Position numbers and translations under genes: made by a program. Source: an uncultured Candidatus Actinomarina sp. (GTDB lineage Bacteria; Actinomycetota; Acidimicrobiia; Actinomarinales; Actinomarinaceae). Taken from it: 64,000 nt of DNA. This document shows, piece after piece, positions 48,845 to 58,362 of the stretch. The stretch's first letter is position 1. Each line of letters opens with the position of its first letter. The notes under the pieces are model-generated. The model saw only the letters and a list, made by a program, of their open reading frames with translations, had not been told where the DNA came from and searched no databases. The stretch covers positions 7,815-71,814 of the forward strand of contig CACLRL010000003.1 in the NCBI GenBank assembly GCA_902609285.1, read 5' to 3'.

Positions 48845-49206
48845 TAAGATACAAAAGTTTCATACTCCTGATAAGTCATTCCTGAATCATCAACGGCATT
48901 AACTTTTGCTTTAAACATCCAACCATCTCCGCAAGGATCATTGTTTATTGTTTCTGGTTCGGTTTCTAATTGTGAATTGACCTCTGTAATAGTGCAATCC
49001 ATGGGTGCATACGCTTCAGCAACAGTTTTAGTAGCTTCAACCTCTACAACTGCACCGCCTTTTTCAAAAGATTGTCCTACTTCTGGAAGGGTAACATAAA
49101 CAATATCTCCTAATTCATTTTGTGCGAAATCTGATATACCTACAGTTATTACTTCTTCGTTTATTAAGTACCATTCATGTGTTTCTAAATATTTTATATC
49201 TGACAT
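48844..49206 (-). CDS. gcvH: glycine cleavage system H protein
   Basis: Lipoyl-lysine motif VEATKTVAE in a 120-aa protein. Confidence 0.9.
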   Translation of the reverse strand: MSDIKYLETHEWYLINEEVITVGISDFAQNELGDIVYVTLPEVGQSFEKGGAVVEVEATKTVAEAYAPMDCTITEVNSQLETEPETINNDPCGDGWMFKAKVNAVDDSGMTYQEYETFVS

Positions 49207-49212
49207 ATTTAC

Positions 49213-49926
49213 CTACCTTGGCTTTACCGTTGATAGACCCCCATCAACATGTATCGTCTGTCCAGTAACCCATTTTGAGTCTTCGGACAATAACCATTTT
49301 ACAACAGGAAGTATATCATTAAAATCTCCAATTTTTGGGATTGGATAGATTGATTTTGATAGTTCTCTTGCTTGTTCTGTAGCAAGAATCCTTTGACTCA
49401 TATTCGAATCTAGTAAGCCAGGAGCAATTACATTCACACGCAAATTATCTTTTGCATATGAAGCAGCTGCAGATCTTGCCATCCCTTCTAAACCTGCTTT
49501 GGCAGCAGCTATTGCTTCATGATTTGATAAACCTTTTGTACCTGCAACAGAGGAGAAAAATATTGCTGAACCATTTTTCATTCTACGTGCAAAAGAACTG
49601 AGCAAGTAATAACTAGAAAATAAATTAACTTTAATTACTTCTTCAAATTCCTCAATTTTTGTTCCATGTAAAGGTTTAATTAGTATTGAGCCAATACAAT
49701 TTACTAAACCTTTAATTTCTCTGTCTTCGGGAACTATCTTACTAAATTCTCGTTGTTCAATAGTATTATCAAGATCAATTACAAAATATTCAGCATCAAT
49801 TTCTTTGGATAATGCTGATAATTTTTCTTCATCTCTTCCAATTATTATTACATCATGTTCAGATGCTAATTCTTTAGATATAGCTGAACCAACAACACCT
49901 GTTGCACCAGCGACAATGTAAACCAT
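49213..49926 (-). CDS. SDR-family NAD(P)-dependent oxidoreductase
   Basis: Rossmann motif AGATGVVGSAISKEL, catalytic region ...SSVAG...YAAAKAG. Confidence 0.8.
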   Translation of the reverse strand: MVYIVAGATGVVGSAISKELASEHDVIIIGRDEEKLSALSKEIDAEYFVIDLDNTIEQREFSKIVPEDREIKGLVNCIGSILIKPLHGTKIEEFEEVIKVNLFSSYYLLSSFARRMKNGSAIFFSSVAGTKGLSNHEAIAAAKAGLEGMARSAAASYAKDNLRVNVIAPGLLDSNMSQRILATEQARELSKSIYPIPKIGDFNDILPVVKWLLSEDSKWVTGQTIHVDGGLSTVKPR

Positions 49927-49947
49927 GATTAATATTCTAAAAGAAAA

Positions 49948-51243
49948 TTAAGTAATAGATAAAATATTTGAGGATGAAATCTTACCAAACCATTTTGCAG
50001 ATTTATGAGGTATGCGTTCGTATGTTTCTCTATCCACTTCTACTAGGCCAAAATTCATTTGATAGCCGAGATCCCATTCAAAATTATCTAGTAATGACCA
50101 ATACAGATAACCTATAACATTTGAATTTTCGCTTTCAAACTTGTGTACATCCTTAAGTACGGTAGTAACAAATTCGATTCTCTCATCGTCATTATCAGTA
50201 GCAATACCGTTTTCCGTAATAAAGATTTCTTTATTTGGAAATCTTTTATTAAGCCTTTTTAAGTTGTACAAAACTGCATCTGGTCTGTACTCGTAACCCA
50301 TTTTTGTAGTCCTTGTATCTTTGGTCATAGCACCATTTCTTCCAGCAAAAATTTGAATAATTCTTGGTAATATAAATTTTCTGATTACACCAATGTTAAG
50401 CAATAAAGGGGCGAATAATTTTAAAAGAATACTTTTTGGATATCGAACAATTGTATATGTTTGCAATCCTATAAAATCATCATCTTTAGAAGCTTCAAGA
50501 AATTTATCTTCAAGATGATATTTCAAATATTTTTTAAGTTTATTGTCATCATCATCTTCCCATTCTTGTAAAGCATGGGTCATTCCAACTTTCGCATTTG
50601 AGTTAAATTCTTTGATTGTTTTAAGAGCTTTTTTATGTGCAGACATAATATTTTCTGATGCAATTATGAATTTTGTCTCGTTGGCAATTCCTGGTGGAAA
50701 TTTATTTGTAGATAGATAACCAAAATACGCAAATATTCCTGGTTCATTTATGGTGTTAAAATATACAATTTCCTTTGGTAATTCTTTCATTAATTTAGCA
50801 ACATAATTATTGAAATATTCATCAGATTTTGGGTTAAGCCATGAACCTTGGTTATACAACCATTCGGGAGTTGTGAAATGATGAAATGTTATTACAGGGG
50901 TAATATCATTTGATATTAATTTGTGAGCTTTATCAACATAATGTTTGATCTCATCTTCATTGAAATTTCCCTGTGTTGGCTCGATTCTACTCCATTCAAT
51001 TGAAAATCTAAATGCCTTAATGCCTAAGTTCTTTAGAAGGTTAATATCTTCATCAATCATTTCATAATGCTTGCATGCTTCATTACAGGGCTCTACGCAT
51101 ACAGAATTATTTCTATTTTCCCAAATTGTCCAATCGTTATTATAAATGCCACCCTCTACCTGGTAAGAAGCAACGGCAGTACCAAAAAGAAATTTGTCTG
51201 GGAATTTTAAATCATTCATATAAATAAATAATATAGGCAACAC
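49948..51243 (-). CDS. GH1 family beta-glucosidase
   Basis: FPDKFLFGTAVASYQVEGG... and ITENG are GH1 signatures. The probable start is the internal Met (MNDLKFP, about 51219). Confidence 0.85.
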   Translation of the reverse strand: MLPILFIYMNDLKFPDKFLFGTAVASYQVEGGIYNNDWTIWENRNNSVCVEPCNEACKHYEMIDEDINLLKNLGIKAFRFSIEWSRIEPTQGNFNEDEIKHYVDKAHKLISNDITPVITFHHFTTPEWLYNQGSWLNPKSDEYFNNYVAKLMKELPKEIVYFNTINEPGIFAYFGYLSTNKFPPGIANETKFIIASENIMSAHKKALKTIKEFNSNAKVGMTHALQEWEDDDDNKLKKYLKYHLEDKFLEASKDDDFIGLQTYTIVRYPKSILLKLFAPLLLNIGVIRKFILPRIIQIFAGRNGAMTKDTRTTKMGYEYRPDAVLYNLKRLNKRFPNKEIFITENGIATDNDDERIEFVTTVLKDVHKFESENSNVIGYLYWSLLDNFEWDLGYQMNFGLVEVDRETYERIPHKSAKWFGKISSSNILSIT

Positions 51244-51577
51244 CGATATAAAAAAACTGTAAAAGAAATCTTAAAAAATGTTGAGTATTAGAGAAATATC
51301 GATTCCCATATGGGAGATCATTAACCCAGACATTTAAATTACCGATATAGATCAAGACTAAAAAGATAATCATTAATATAGCTGCTTCTTTTCTGAACCT
51401 AGTAAAAAAGAAGAGAGGTAGCGTAATCTCAACAACACCTGTTAATAAATGTACAAAACGTGGAAAAGGAATAAAATCAGGGACAATGTTATCGTAGAAA
51501 TCTGGATTTATGAAATGATTGATTCCAGCTACGACAAAGAATCCCGCATATCCAAGAGTAATAAATTTTATAACCAA
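51212..51577 (-). CDS. DoxX-like small membrane protein (putative)
   Basis: 121 aa with 3-4 TM segments. The DoxX assignment is tentative. Confidence 0.4.
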   Translation of the reverse strand: MVIKFITLGYAGFFVVAGINHFINPDFYDNIVPDFIPFPRFVHLLTGVVEITLPLFFFTRFRKEAAILMIIFLVLIYIGNLNVWVNDLPYGNRYFSNTQHFLRFLLQFFYIGVAYIIYLYE

Positions 51578-53031
51578 TTTTTAGATCTCTCAATAGCTTT
51601 ATACCATAAACTAAGTGTCATAATTCTCGAATCATTATTCATATTTGGACTCCAAGTTTTTGCTGTAGAAAAATATTTACCCATTTCTTCAATAGGTAAT
51701 TTTTTAACATATATATAACTTGCAACTCCAACTCCTAAGGAAGTTATTTCATTAATATTTTGTGACATAACAGACTTATTTAAAATATCAGATTGAAATT
51801 GCATAAGTAAATTATTTTCTACCATTCCCCCATCTACTTTTATATTTTCAAACTCAATATCTAAATCTTTTTCCATACTTTTAAGCAACTCAAATGTTTG
51901 GAAAGCTACAGATTCAAGAACTGATCTTGCTATATGTGATTTATTTGAAAATCTAGTTAAACCAAATAATGAACCTCTTGCTGTTTCGTCCCAGTAAGGA
52001 GAAAATAATCCGGAAAATGCAGGAACAAAATACACTCCTCCGTTGTCTTTCTCCATCATCGCAAGTGACTCTATATCTTTACTTTGTATTATGATGTTTA
52101 AATTATCTCTTAACCATTGAACAGCAGCACCTGCAATGGGTACAGAGCCTTCAAGCGCATAAAGTGGTTTTTCTCCTTCAACTTGATAAGCGATTGTAGT
52201 CAATAGCCCATGTGATGATTTAATTATTTCTTCACCTGTATTAGTAAGTGCAAAACATCCAGTTCCATATGTATTTTTTACATCGCCTTTAGTTGTGCAG
52301 TTTTGCCCGAATAATGCAGCTTGCTGATCACCTAACACAGCAGTTATTGGAACTCCAGGAATGATTTTGTTTATGTCGCCAAAATTTGATAAAGATGGCA
52401 TTACTTTTGGTAATGAATCAATTGGAATACCTAATTCTTTTAATATTCCTTGTGACCAATCCAAATCATATATATCAAACATCAATGTTCTTGAAGCGTT
52501 TGTTACATCGGTTAAAAATTTGCCTGTAAGATTATAAATAATCCAACTGTCGATAGTTCCAAAACAAACATCATCATCTAATCCATTTTTTATAGAAGGA
52601 ACATTTCTGATCAACCATAAGATTTTTGAAAGTGAAAAATACGTAGCAACAGGTAATCCTGTTTTCTCAAAATGATTTTTAAGTTTTTTGTTAGCTAATA
52701 ATTCATTACAAATATCTTGCGTGCGCGTATCTTGCCAAACGATTGCATTATGAAATGGCTCTCCAGTAGATTTGCTCCATGCGATAGTAGTTTCTCTTTG
52801 ATTGGTAAGGCCAACACTTTTTATAGAATTCGTATCAATATTTTTTACAACAGCTTTTATACATTCTTCAACAGTTTTAATAATTTCCTTACCATCATGC
52901 TCAACGGAATTTGAATCAGGTAAATACTGTTTTATTTCAACTTGATGCGATAACTTAATTTCTCCATTTTCATTGAATAAAATACATCTAGAGCTTGTAG
53001 TACCTTGATCAATTGAGAGAAAATATTCCAT
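51568..53031 (-). CDS. glpK: glycerol kinase
   Basis: LSIDQGTTSSRCILF...GLTNQRETTIAW...AIVWQDTRT is a classic GlpK N-terminus. Confidence 0.9.
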   Translation of the reverse strand: MEYFLSIDQGTTSSRCILFNENGEIKLSHQVEIKQYLPDSNSVEHDGKEIIKTVEECIKAVVKNIDTNSIKSVGLTNQRETTIAWSKSTGEPFHNAIVWQDTRTQDICNELLANKKLKNHFEKTGLPVATYFSLSKILWLIRNVPSIKNGLDDDVCFGTIDSWIIYNLTGKFLTDVTNASRTLMFDIYDLDWSQGILKELGIPIDSLPKVMPSLSNFGDINKIIPGVPITAVLGDQQAALFGQNCTTKGDVKNTYGTGCFALTNTGEEIIKSSHGLLTTIAYQVEGEKPLYALEGSVPIAGAAVQWLRDNLNIIIQSKDIESLAMMEKDNGGVYFVPAFSGLFSPYWDETARGSLFGLTRFSNKSHIARSVLESVAFQTFELLKSMEKDLDIEFENIKVDGGMVENNLLMQFQSDILNKSVMSQNINEITSLGVGVASYIYVKKLPIEEMGKYFSTAKTWSPNMNNDSRIMTLSLWYKAIERSKNWL

Positions 53032-53033
53032 TT

Positions 53034-53312
53034 TTAATTATTTGTAAATATTAGAAACAAACCACTATCTCCATATCTTCCGATAACATTTCCAGCAACA
53101 AATCCGTATATAAAACCATAAATTAGTCCCATCCTAAGATATTTGATAGTTTCTATTTGAAAAAGATTTTTACCATAATCTTCAATCTCAAATCGACTTC
53201 TATATTTTTTGCTAAAAATATGTCTAAAAACTGGCAATAGATAAAAGACTGTCCCTAAGCCTACAGCAGAAAGTAAGCCCTGAATAATTCTGTTAATTAC
53301 TATATCAAGCAT
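53034..53312 (-). CDS. small 2-TM membrane protein
   Basis: 92-aa ORF located 2 nt from the glpK start. Two hydrophobic helices. Confidence 0.4.
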   Translation of the reverse strand: MLDIVINRIIQGLLSAVGLGTVFYLLPVFRHIFSKKYRSRFEIEDYGKNLFQIETIKYLRMGLIYGFIYGFVAGNVIGRYGDSGLFLIFTNN

Positions 53313-53365
53313 AAATAAAAATCTAGTTGTAATATCAATTTAATAAACTTGTAACGGAATAAATT

Positions 53366-54112
53366 ATGGATATATCCCAGGACACAAATTTAATATATTT
53401 TTTCCTCTTTCTCATATCAATAATAGCTTCATTTATTGATTCAATTGCGGGTGGTGGTGGATTATTAACGACACCTTCTATGTTATTAGTTGGAATTAAT
53501 CCATTAACTGTACTTGGTACAAATAAATTTCAATCATCTTTTAGTACTTTCACTTCTACACGCAATTATTTTTCAAATGGGTATTTAACTGATGTAAATA
53601 AAAACAAATATTTCTTTTTATCATTCATTGGCTCATCATTTGGAACTTTGATGGTAAGTAGGTTATCAGATGAAATTTTAAGAACTCTGATACCAATTCT
53701 TTTAATATCAGTAGCAATATTTTTCATAATAAATAGACAAGTGAAATCTGATTTGAGTAAATACATTGTTTTGCTTACTCCCGTTATCTTTCTAATAGGA
53801 TTTTATGATGGTTTCTTTGGGCCTGGTACTGGTTCATTCTTTGTTATGTTATTTATAGTATTCAAGAATCAAACACTGCTTGAATCTACAGCAACTTCGA
53901 AATTACTAAATTTTGGATCAAATTTTGCAGCATTTTTAATATTTGCATTTCAAGGATATGTTCTATGGGATCTTGGATTGATTATGGCAGTTGGGGGTGT
54001 GACGGGGGCATATATTGGATCTAAGTCAGCTATTAAGATAGGTGATAAACTGATCAGGCCGATACTAGTAGTTGTATCAATATTGCTTTCTCTAAGAATA
54101 TTATTTAGTTAA
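53366..54112 (+). CDS. TSUP (TauE/SafE) family anion exporter
   Basis: A multi-TM protein with IAGGGGLLTTP and a second VGGVTGAYIG glycine-rich helix. Confidence 0.7.
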   Translation: MDISQDTNLIYFFLFLISIIASFIDSIAGGGGLLTTPSMLLVGINPLTVLGTNKFQSSFSTFTSTRNYFSNGYLTDVNKNKYFFLSFIGSSFGTLMVSRLSDEILRTLIPILLISVAIFFIINRQVKSDLSKYIVLLTPVIFLIGFYDGFFGPGTGSFFVMLFIVFKNQTLLESTATSKLLNFGSNFAAFLIFAFQGYVLWDLGLIMAVGGVTGAYIGSKSAIKIGDKLIRPILVVVSILLSLRILFS

Positions 54113-54156
54113 ATTCAGATTTGAACCTCAATAGTTAATGCTTCTACTATAAAACT

Positions 54157-54984
54157 ATGAAAAGAATTTATACATATGGTCATGAACAGGTAAAGAGAAA
54201 CATAACTATTGCTGACATAATTGAAAATAAAAAAAATAATATAAAAATGACACAGGTAACTGCACAAAATATGCAAGAAGCAGAAATACTTGCTGATCAA
54301 AATATTGATATGATCATTACCGGAAGTGATTCCTATGAGGAAGTTCGAAAGGGTGCACCCAACACATTTATTACAGCAGCATTATTTGCTGGAAGGTTTA
54401 TAACTAAAGAAGATATATTAAAAGGTGCAATTGAGGTTGCAATGAAAGGCGCTGATTCTGTACTAACACCAAGAAGTCCAGAAGTGGTAGAACTGTTAGC
54501 AAATGAAGGCATGCACGTTCAAGGTCATGTAGGAATGGTACCTTCGAACGCTACAAAGTATGGAGGAATACGAACAGTTGGAAAAACTAAAGAAGAAGCA
54601 CTTAATGTTCTTCATGAATTAAAAATTTTAGAAAATGCAGGAGCATTTGGAGCAGAAGTTGAATGTGTTGCTGAAGATGCGTTAGTGGAAATCAGCAAGC
54701 ATACAAGTCTAGTACTAAACTCTTTGGGTTCTGGATCAGGTGGTGATGTAATTTTTTTATTCTTTGAAGATATATGTGGTGAAACAAAAGATATAAAAAT
54801 GCCTAGGCATGCCAAGTCATGGGGTGAAGGAAAAAGTATTCTTAACCAATTAAAAGAAGAACGTAAAAAAGCAATAAAAGCCTTCAAGAATGATGTTGAT
54901 GCAAATAAATTTCCAAATAGTAATCATACAATATCAATGAATGATGGTGAGTTAGAACAATTTATTAAGCAACTCAATACATAA
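54157..54984 (+). CDS. panB: 3-methyl-2-oxobutanoate hydroxymethyltransferase
   Basis: ...GAPNTF..., VQGHVGMVPS..., GAFGAEVECV... parallel the PanB motifs GAPN / GHLGLTPQS / LLVLECVP. Confidence 0.7.
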   Translation: MKRIYTYGHEQVKRNITIADIIENKKNNIKMTQVTAQNMQEAEILADQNIDMIITGSDSYEEVRKGAPNTFITAALFAGRFITKEDILKGAIEVAMKGADSVLTPRSPEVVELLANEGMHVQGHVGMVPSNATKYGGIRTVGKTKEEALNVLHELKILENAGAFGAEVECVAEDALVEISKHTSLVLNSLGSGSGGDVIFLFFEDICGETKDIKMPRHAKSWGEGKSILNQLKEERKKAIKAFKNDVDANKFPNSNHTISMNDGELEQFIKQLNT

Positions 54985-55123
54985 TGTTAGGGATAATTCG
55001 AAAATTTTTTTTATTTTTTGGTTTTCACAGATCGTATGGACGTATATGGATCTCTAAACGGTTTGATAAAGTTGTATGGGGATCCTTTATCGCTTTATCC
55101 TTTTATAATTTTTTAACAAGATA

Positions 55124-56653
55124 ATGTCGAATATTGTTGTATCGCCGCATAGCCTCTCAACTTTAGCTGGTATAAAAATTCTTAGAAATGGTGGTAATGC
55201 TATTGATGCAGCTATTGCTACAAATATTGTTCAAGGCGTAGTTGCTCCAGAGACATGTGGAATTGGTGGTGACTTGTTTGCATTGATATGGATAAATGGT
55301 GAGACTAAACCATATTGTTTAGATTCATCAGGTTATGCAGGATCTAATGCAGACCTATCAAGTTTAAGTTCTTACAGTAACATTCCTTTAGATCACCCTA
55401 TGTCGGTAACAGTACCAGGAGCAGTCCGTGGTTGGTATGCAATGCATGAACGATTTGGTAGTTTGGAAATGAAGGATTTATTTATCCAAGCTATTGAGAT
55501 ATGTTCAAAAGGATTTAATGTTTCATCAGAACTTCATCAGTCTTTAAAAAGACATGAAGAATCATTGAAAATCCAGGATTCAGGGAAAGAATTATATCCT
55601 TTTGGAAAAGTGCCCGGCATTGGTGACACGGTACAAAGAACTATGTTAGGTAAGACTTTAAAAAATATATCTGATCAGGGGTCTGATTATTTTTATTCAG
55701 GTAAAGTTAGTGAAGCAATATCAGATTCATTAACTAATATCGTTACTTCGCATGATATAAGCAGTTTTTATCCTCAGTGGATTGAACCTTTATCAATCGA
55801 AATTTATGGAAAAATTGGATGGGTTACTCCCCCTCAAACTCAAAGTTATCTTACTTTGGCTACGTTGAAAATATATGAAATGTTAGATAGTGACTTAAAA
55901 GATATAGATATGCATACACTAATTGAATCATACAGAGCAGCAGCATCTCAACGAGATGATATAACATATGATTACGGAAATAATATTGATTTATTTCCAG
56001 GTTTAAATACTGAATATTTAAAATCTTTGTCTAATTTAATTGATTTAGATAACTCTTCGACATTTAATCAACCTACTGATATTGGTGGTGGAACTGCGTA
56101 CATGTGTACAAAGGACAAAAACGGTAATGCTGTATCACTTATTCAATCGAATTATTACGGAATAGGAAGCACTATTGGTGTTAAAGATTATGGTTTCTTT
56201 TTACACAACAGAGGGGCTGGTTTTAATTTAATACAAAATCATCCGAATTCGTTAAAGCCAGGAAGAAAACCACTTCACACATTGTCTCCAACCATATGGA
56301 GTGTAGATGGAAATCTTGATATGGTAATAGGTACAAGAGGTGGCAGATACCAACCACAACTATTAAGCCATTTTATTTTAAAATTACTAAAAAATGAAGA
56401 TCTAAAAAATGCAATGTTATCTCCTAGATGGAACATTGATGAATTCGGAAAAAAAACAGTATCAAAATTAAATTTAGAACCTGGACTGGATAAAAAAATT
56501 ACTGATGATTTAATGAATAAAGGTCATGAAGTTAATCAACTGAAAGAATTACAAAATAGTTATGGACCTATATCAGCAATTATTAAAAAAGGGGAAAGTT
56601 GGGAGGCTTCACACGACAAAAGGGTTGACACAGCGTATTCTATAATTGAATAG
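55124..56653 (+). CDS. ggt: gamma-glutamyltransferase family protein (no signal peptide)
   Basis: LRNGGNAIDAAIA...GIGGDLF and the nucleophile region GGGTAYMC. The N-terminus begins directly with the mature-domain-like sequence. Confidence 0.8.
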   Translation: MSNIVVSPHSLSTLAGIKILRNGGNAIDAAIATNIVQGVVAPETCGIGGDLFALIWINGETKPYCLDSSGYAGSNADLSSLSSYSNIPLDHPMSVTVPGAVRGWYAMHERFGSLEMKDLFIQAIEICSKGFNVSSELHQSLKRHEESLKIQDSGKELYPFGKVPGIGDTVQRTMLGKTLKNISDQGSDYFYSGKVSEAISDSLTNIVTSHDISSFYPQWIEPLSIEIYGKIGWVTPPQTQSYLTLATLKIYEMLDSDLKDIDMHTLIESYRAAASQRDDITYDYGNNIDLFPGLNTEYLKSLSNLIDLDNSSTFNQPTDIGGGTAYMCTKDKNGNAVSLIQSNYYGIGSTIGVKDYGFFLHNRGAGFNLIQNHPNSLKPGRKPLHTLSPTIWSVDGNLDMVIGTRGGRYQPQLLSHFILKLLKNEDLKNAMLSPRWNIDEFGKKTVSKLNLEPGLDKKITDDLMNKGHEVNQLKELQNSYGPISAIIKKGESWEASHDKRVDTAYSIIE

Positions 56654-56670
56654 ATAAGTTAAGGAGAACA

Positions 56671-57045
56671 ATGCAAATACATAATAACAGCGGAAACATA
56701 ACAGTGATAATTGATGTTTCATTTGAAGACAAAGATATGTTTATGGATTTTATATTAAATGAACAATGCCAGTTCATTGATAGCGTAGATCCTGAAGGTT
56801 TGATAAAATTTGAATGGTTTGTTGATGAAGACTCTAACGCAGGAACTTTAGTCGAGGTTTTTGAAAAATCAGAAAATTTTCAAGGGTTAGCTGGAAAAGT
56901 AATGGGAACTCCCGTTAATTTAAAATTTCGAGAGATGGTAAATATCGAAAAAATGACAATCCTAGGTGATGTTTCAGATGAGTTGATGGATAATCTGGCA
57001 CCTATGAATCCAGTATCAAAAGTTTACAAAGGTGGGCTTAGCTAA
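56671..57045 (+). CDS. hypothetical protein (124 aa)
   Basis: An ORF with an AAGGAG-like RBS (taaggagaacaATG). No domain was recognised. Confidence 0.45.
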   Translation: MQIHNNSGNITVIIDVSFEDKDMFMDFILNEQCQFIDSVDPEGLIKFEWFVDEDSNAGTLVEVFEKSENFQGLAGKVMGTPVNLKFREMVNIEKMTILGDVSDELMDNLAPMNPVSKVYKGGLS

Positions 57046-57082
57046 TTGACTATATGTTAAAAAATTACATGCAAATATAAAA

Positions 57083-57110
57083 AAGAGTCCAGTTTCCTGA
57101 ACTCTTTTTT
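57083..57110 (+). terminator. intrinsic terminator after the ggt / 124-aa gene pair
   Basis: AAAGAGTCCAG / CTGAACTCTTT stem (one mismatch), UUUC loop, followed by T6 (57105-57110). Confidence 0.6.
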
Positions 57111-57175
57111 GAGGTAACAGGCTTATTACCTAATCAAATAATACACAATTAAAAATATATTCCAATTTAAAAATT

Positions 57176-57183
57176 TGTATAAT
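57176..57183 (+). promoter_or_regulatory. candidate -10 element (TGTATAAT) about 12 nt upstream of the ATG at 57195, implying a near-leaderless transcript
   Basis: A perfect TATAAT at 57178-57183 is preceded by TG. No convincing SD sits between it and the ATG. Confidence 0.35.
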
Positions 57184-57194
57184 TTAAATAATTA

Positions 57195-58358
57195 ATGGAA
57201 AAAGAAAATAATTTTGCTAGAACGAGAATTACAAATTTAGATTTTATTAGAGGTTTTGCTCTACTTGGAATACTCGTTATTAACATAATTGCATTTGGAC
57301 TTCCACTTACTGCTACGACAAATCCATCAACATTTGGAATTGAAAATACTCTTGATTGGGTAGTTTTGATAATTTCATCAGTGTTTTTTGAATTTAAAAT
57401 GATGGGATTATTTTCTATGCTTTTTGGTGTAGGCATAATAATTTTTTTAGAGAATGCAGAGAAAAAAACATCAAAGCCTAAAACACTTGCAATTTGGAGA
57501 AACTTTATTTTATTGTGTTTTGGTTTAATTCATATGTCTATATGGATAGGTGACGTACTTGCACCATATGCGATTTGTGCTTTTTTGTTAATTATCTTTC
57601 CTGATGTTAAAAAGCCTATACTGATTTTTTTAGCAATTGTCTTTTTGATGATTGCATTTATTGTAATTACAAACTATTTCTCATCGTTATATGATACGAA
57701 TGGAAACTTAATTTCTGATGAGGAATGGATACTTTTAGCCAGTGAAGGTGGAGAATTATCATATGGCAAGTTTTGGTTTCCAGATTCAGAATCATTTGGC
57801 AATCTCGTTGGTATGTGGTGGTATATAGGTGCATTTTTTAGAGCTATATCATTGATGCTATTTGGTATCTTGTTATACAAATTAAACATTATTCAAGGTA
57901 AGAAGAATATTGTATTTTATAAAAAAATAGCTGTTTATGGTTTTTCAGTTGGTTTGCCCTTATCGATCTACAGTATCTACTTACTTGTTAGTACTGACTA
58001 TGATCCATCAGTTTTATTCATAAGCAATATCTTTAATACGTTGTCAGTAATACCCATGGTTCTTGGGTATACAGGCGTTTTAACAATTTTAAATTTAAAA
58101 CTAAGAGATTCTATATCAACAAGATTACAAGCATGTGGTAAATTGGCGTTCACAAATTATATAACTCAAACTCTATTTGGTGTTTTCTTCATAGGAGCTT
58201 TCAGATTAGATACTTTTTCAAGATCGGAATTAATAATATTTGTTTTTCTAGTTTGGATAATACAAATAGCCTGGTCAAAACCTATTTTGGAGAAATTTAA
58301 TTACGGACCATTAGAGTGGGTATGGCGAAAGTTAACTTACAGATTTATAAAAATCTAA
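57195..58358 (+). CDS. DUF418/YeiB-like multi-TM membrane protein
   Basis: ITNLDFIRGFALLGILVINI at the N-terminus, about 9 TM segments and a C-terminal ...PLEWVWRKLTY, typical of DUF418. Confidence 0.55.
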   Translation: MEKENNFARTRITNLDFIRGFALLGILVINIIAFGLPLTATTNPSTFGIENTLDWVVLIISSVFFEFKMMGLFSMLFGVGIIIFLENAEKKTSKPKTLAIWRNFILLCFGLIHMSIWIGDVLAPYAICAFLLIIFPDVKKPILIFLAIVFLMIAFIVITNYFSSLYDTNGNLISDEEWILLASEGGELSYGKFWFPDSESFGNLVGMWWYIGAFFRAISLMLFGILLYKLNIIQGKKNIVFYKKIAVYGFSVGLPLSIYSIYLLVSTDYDPSVLFISNIFNTLSVIPMVLGYTGVLTILNLKLRDSISTRLQACGKLAFTNYITQTLFGVFFIGAFRLDTFSRSELIIFVFLVWIIQIAWSKPILEKFNYGPLEWVWRKLTYRFIKI

Positions 58359-58362
58359 AAAT

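Noticed and set aside
48800-53400. Search for a glycine riboswitch upstream of gcvH/gcvT and an FMN riboswitch upstream of ribD
   Set aside because: The intergenic gaps are 6-21 nt (gcv) and ribD overlaps rpe, so there is no room. No aptamer-like GGAGAG/CACCG motifs were seen.
54985-55123. 139-bp intergenic region between panB and ggt containing GATAAAG...CTTTATC and GGATC...GGATCC palindromes
   Set aside because: Only short imperfect stems were found, with no T-tract or recognisable riboswitch or sRNA signature. It is probably just a promoter and spacer.
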